Part shown: positions 62,145-64,000 of the stretch, one piece after another
How positions within the stretch are numbered: the first letter of the stretch is position 1
Layout of the letters: each line of letters opens with the position of its first letter
DNA from: Lingula anatina
Taxonomy: Eukaryota > Animalia > Brachiopoda
Direction of reading: 5' to 3'
Assembly: GCA_051362555.1 (NCBI GenBank)
Contig: CM120641.1
Location: 9,734,001 to 9,798,000 of the forward strand
DNA: 64,000 bases
The notes under the pieces: model-generated
Told to the model about the DNA's origin: nothing
The model's database searches: none
What the model saw: the letters and a program-made list of their open reading frames with translations, nothing else
Translations under genes and position numbers: made by a program

Positions 62145-64000
62145 AGTAACTCAAACAGGTTTTTTGCCAGAAATAATAATTAAGATACCAGTTGCCACTT
62201 GCCAGAACAAGCTTGCTGCATCCCTGGTGAAGTTTAATACAAATAGTCTTTACTGTATCCAAAACCTTAGTTGATTAAATGTAACAAATATGTGAAACCA
62301 TTACATAAAGTGCAGAGGTTTCTCATCAAAAGCAGCACCGTTGAATGCATTCACTAAATAATACAATTACTCGCTGGGATGAACCTCGGGGGAAGGAGCT
62401 CTCACCTGCACTGCATTGCCATTCCCCTATACCACATTCCCCCTCAACATTTATGATTTCAGTTCTTTGGGCGAATTTGCCATTTCTTGGATCTAGAAAT
62501 AGAAGCAGTTTGGACATGAAATATTGTTGTTCTCGCACATTAGAGGAAGTGTAGGCCAACATGTAGCATCCTTGCTTCATTTAATTGTTCTCTTTTCACT
62601 TGAAACTGTGTTACATTTGATTGATTTATTATTCACCGGTTGCCCGCACAAGCCTATATATACATGCTTCTCTGATCCCGGTAATGTATTTACTCGGTTC
62701 AAAAGCTATTTTATGAGTCCGTTTAAATGTAGCATACCAAGAAACGGAGTTTATACTGTGCCCATGCTGATACAGATCTGTTTTTTCCTTTGTTCAAAAA
62801 AGAAAAAAAAAAGAGAAAGAAAAAAATCGGCCTTTTTTGTAGAAAAACGGCCCCTCCGTCTTATCTGTTGTAGATATCTCTTTGGTTCGGTAGACTGCCA
62901 TATTTTCATTAAATATGAGTCGCGTTGATCAGTACTTGTTAACTAAATTTGATAATGATATTTACACGTGTCTAACGCTATGGCATTCACGTTAACCTTC
63001 GGAGACTTTCAGCGGCCTGGAACTGGTCATACACCTGGAGATAGCAAGCCAGGGGGGGTCAGCGGTTTCCAAAGACCACCCTTTTTTTTCGCCGGGAAAA
63101 GGTCCCCTCTGGATAAAATTTTATCTAGGCACATGAGTCATGGTAAAAAGTCCACTTCTTCAGAAAAAGAACCCGTTTAGAAATTGCTGGCTACAGGTCT
63201 GAATGTATTTGGATGTTCAAGAAGAGACTTCACAAGATCTTTGACATTGTTTTTTTTTTCACATATCACAGTTAAGTGTTCGCTTGCCGCTTAGCAGGCA
63301 GCATATTACTGATTTATATTTAATGATAAAAGACGTGCGCAAACAAGAATACCATCATGATTGAGGCCCGATAAGATCACTGGTCCGATATATCCAAGAT
63401 TATCGCCTGTCAGTGGTCAGCTTAACAAGCACTTTTACGTCTAGCATTTCATAATTGCATGGTTTAACTTTTCAGTCACCTCTAGCCTAGCGGATGATTG
63501 ATCTACATTTTATATTTAGGTTGAGACAGAGTGGTGTCAAGGGAATCATTGCATGACAAACGTTTTTAGGCTTCGTAAAGAATGTGCCTATAATGCATTT
63601 ATGGGATATCTTTATTTTCCCGTGGCATTTAAAACATCATCTTTCAGTAATGATGACATGAATTTAATGTAAGAAGTGTACAACGTATTCAAGAACAATG
63701 CGTGCACCCTCAAAATACTCCAGTTCCTTTCTGTATATATATTTGATCGTCACTATAAAGTTAGAACGGTCTTTAAATTATTTTCAACATATCACCTTTC
63801 CAACAACAATTTTTCTGGGCGGCTTGACAATTACACGCAAATCACTTTCATTATGAATTAATTTGATCACGCGTTCATCATGTCATCCTGGTTGGGTGAA
63901 TTAGAATCTCATTTGACGTTAAGTTGGCGTTTACAGTTAGTTTAACGAAGCAAGAAAACAAGACCCCCGGTGGGAAAATGTGAAAGCTACAGTAATCTAG

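Noticed and set aside
63030-63201. hAT-like MITE ending CTGGCTACAGGTCTG
   Set aside because: Only one plausible end; no matching TIR or TSD found.

Overview
AT-rich, intron-containing animal genomic DNA. The repeat families and mosaic CpG pattern suggest an invertebrate bilaterian, probably a mollusc or other lophotrochozoan (inference). Four protein-coding genes are supported. (1) The 3' half of an axonemal outer-arm beta-type dynein heavy chain (+, 23 exons, 86-13998, about 2241 aa in the window). (2) A complete FMN/Cappuccino-class formin (+, 19 coding exons, 20063-42208, about 2011 aa) with an MGxxxS N-terminus, a 3.66-kb Q/H-rich first coding exon, a DEP-like segment, FH1, FH2 and a C-terminal FSI-like tail. 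(3) A single-coding-exon Gremlin (DAN-family BMP antagonist, -, 53189-53809), convergent with the formin as in vertebrate FMN1-GREM1 and FMN2-GREM2. (4) A single-coding-exon PPP1R27-like RVxF/ankyrin PP1 regulator (-, 58243-58839). Non-coding highlights: a 2.7-kb non-autonomous TIR transposon in the first formin coding intron with an ATAT target duplication, a perfect 28-bp hairpin and a 16-bp motif phased at about 180/355 bp; two unrelated Helentron-type HINEs; a small MITE with an exact flanking duplication; an RFX X-box in the formin intron; and a sharp change from CpG-depleted to CpG-normal sequence near 47.2 kb. No rRNA, tRNA or CRISPR array was recognised. All exon structures were read by eye and need transcript confirmation.
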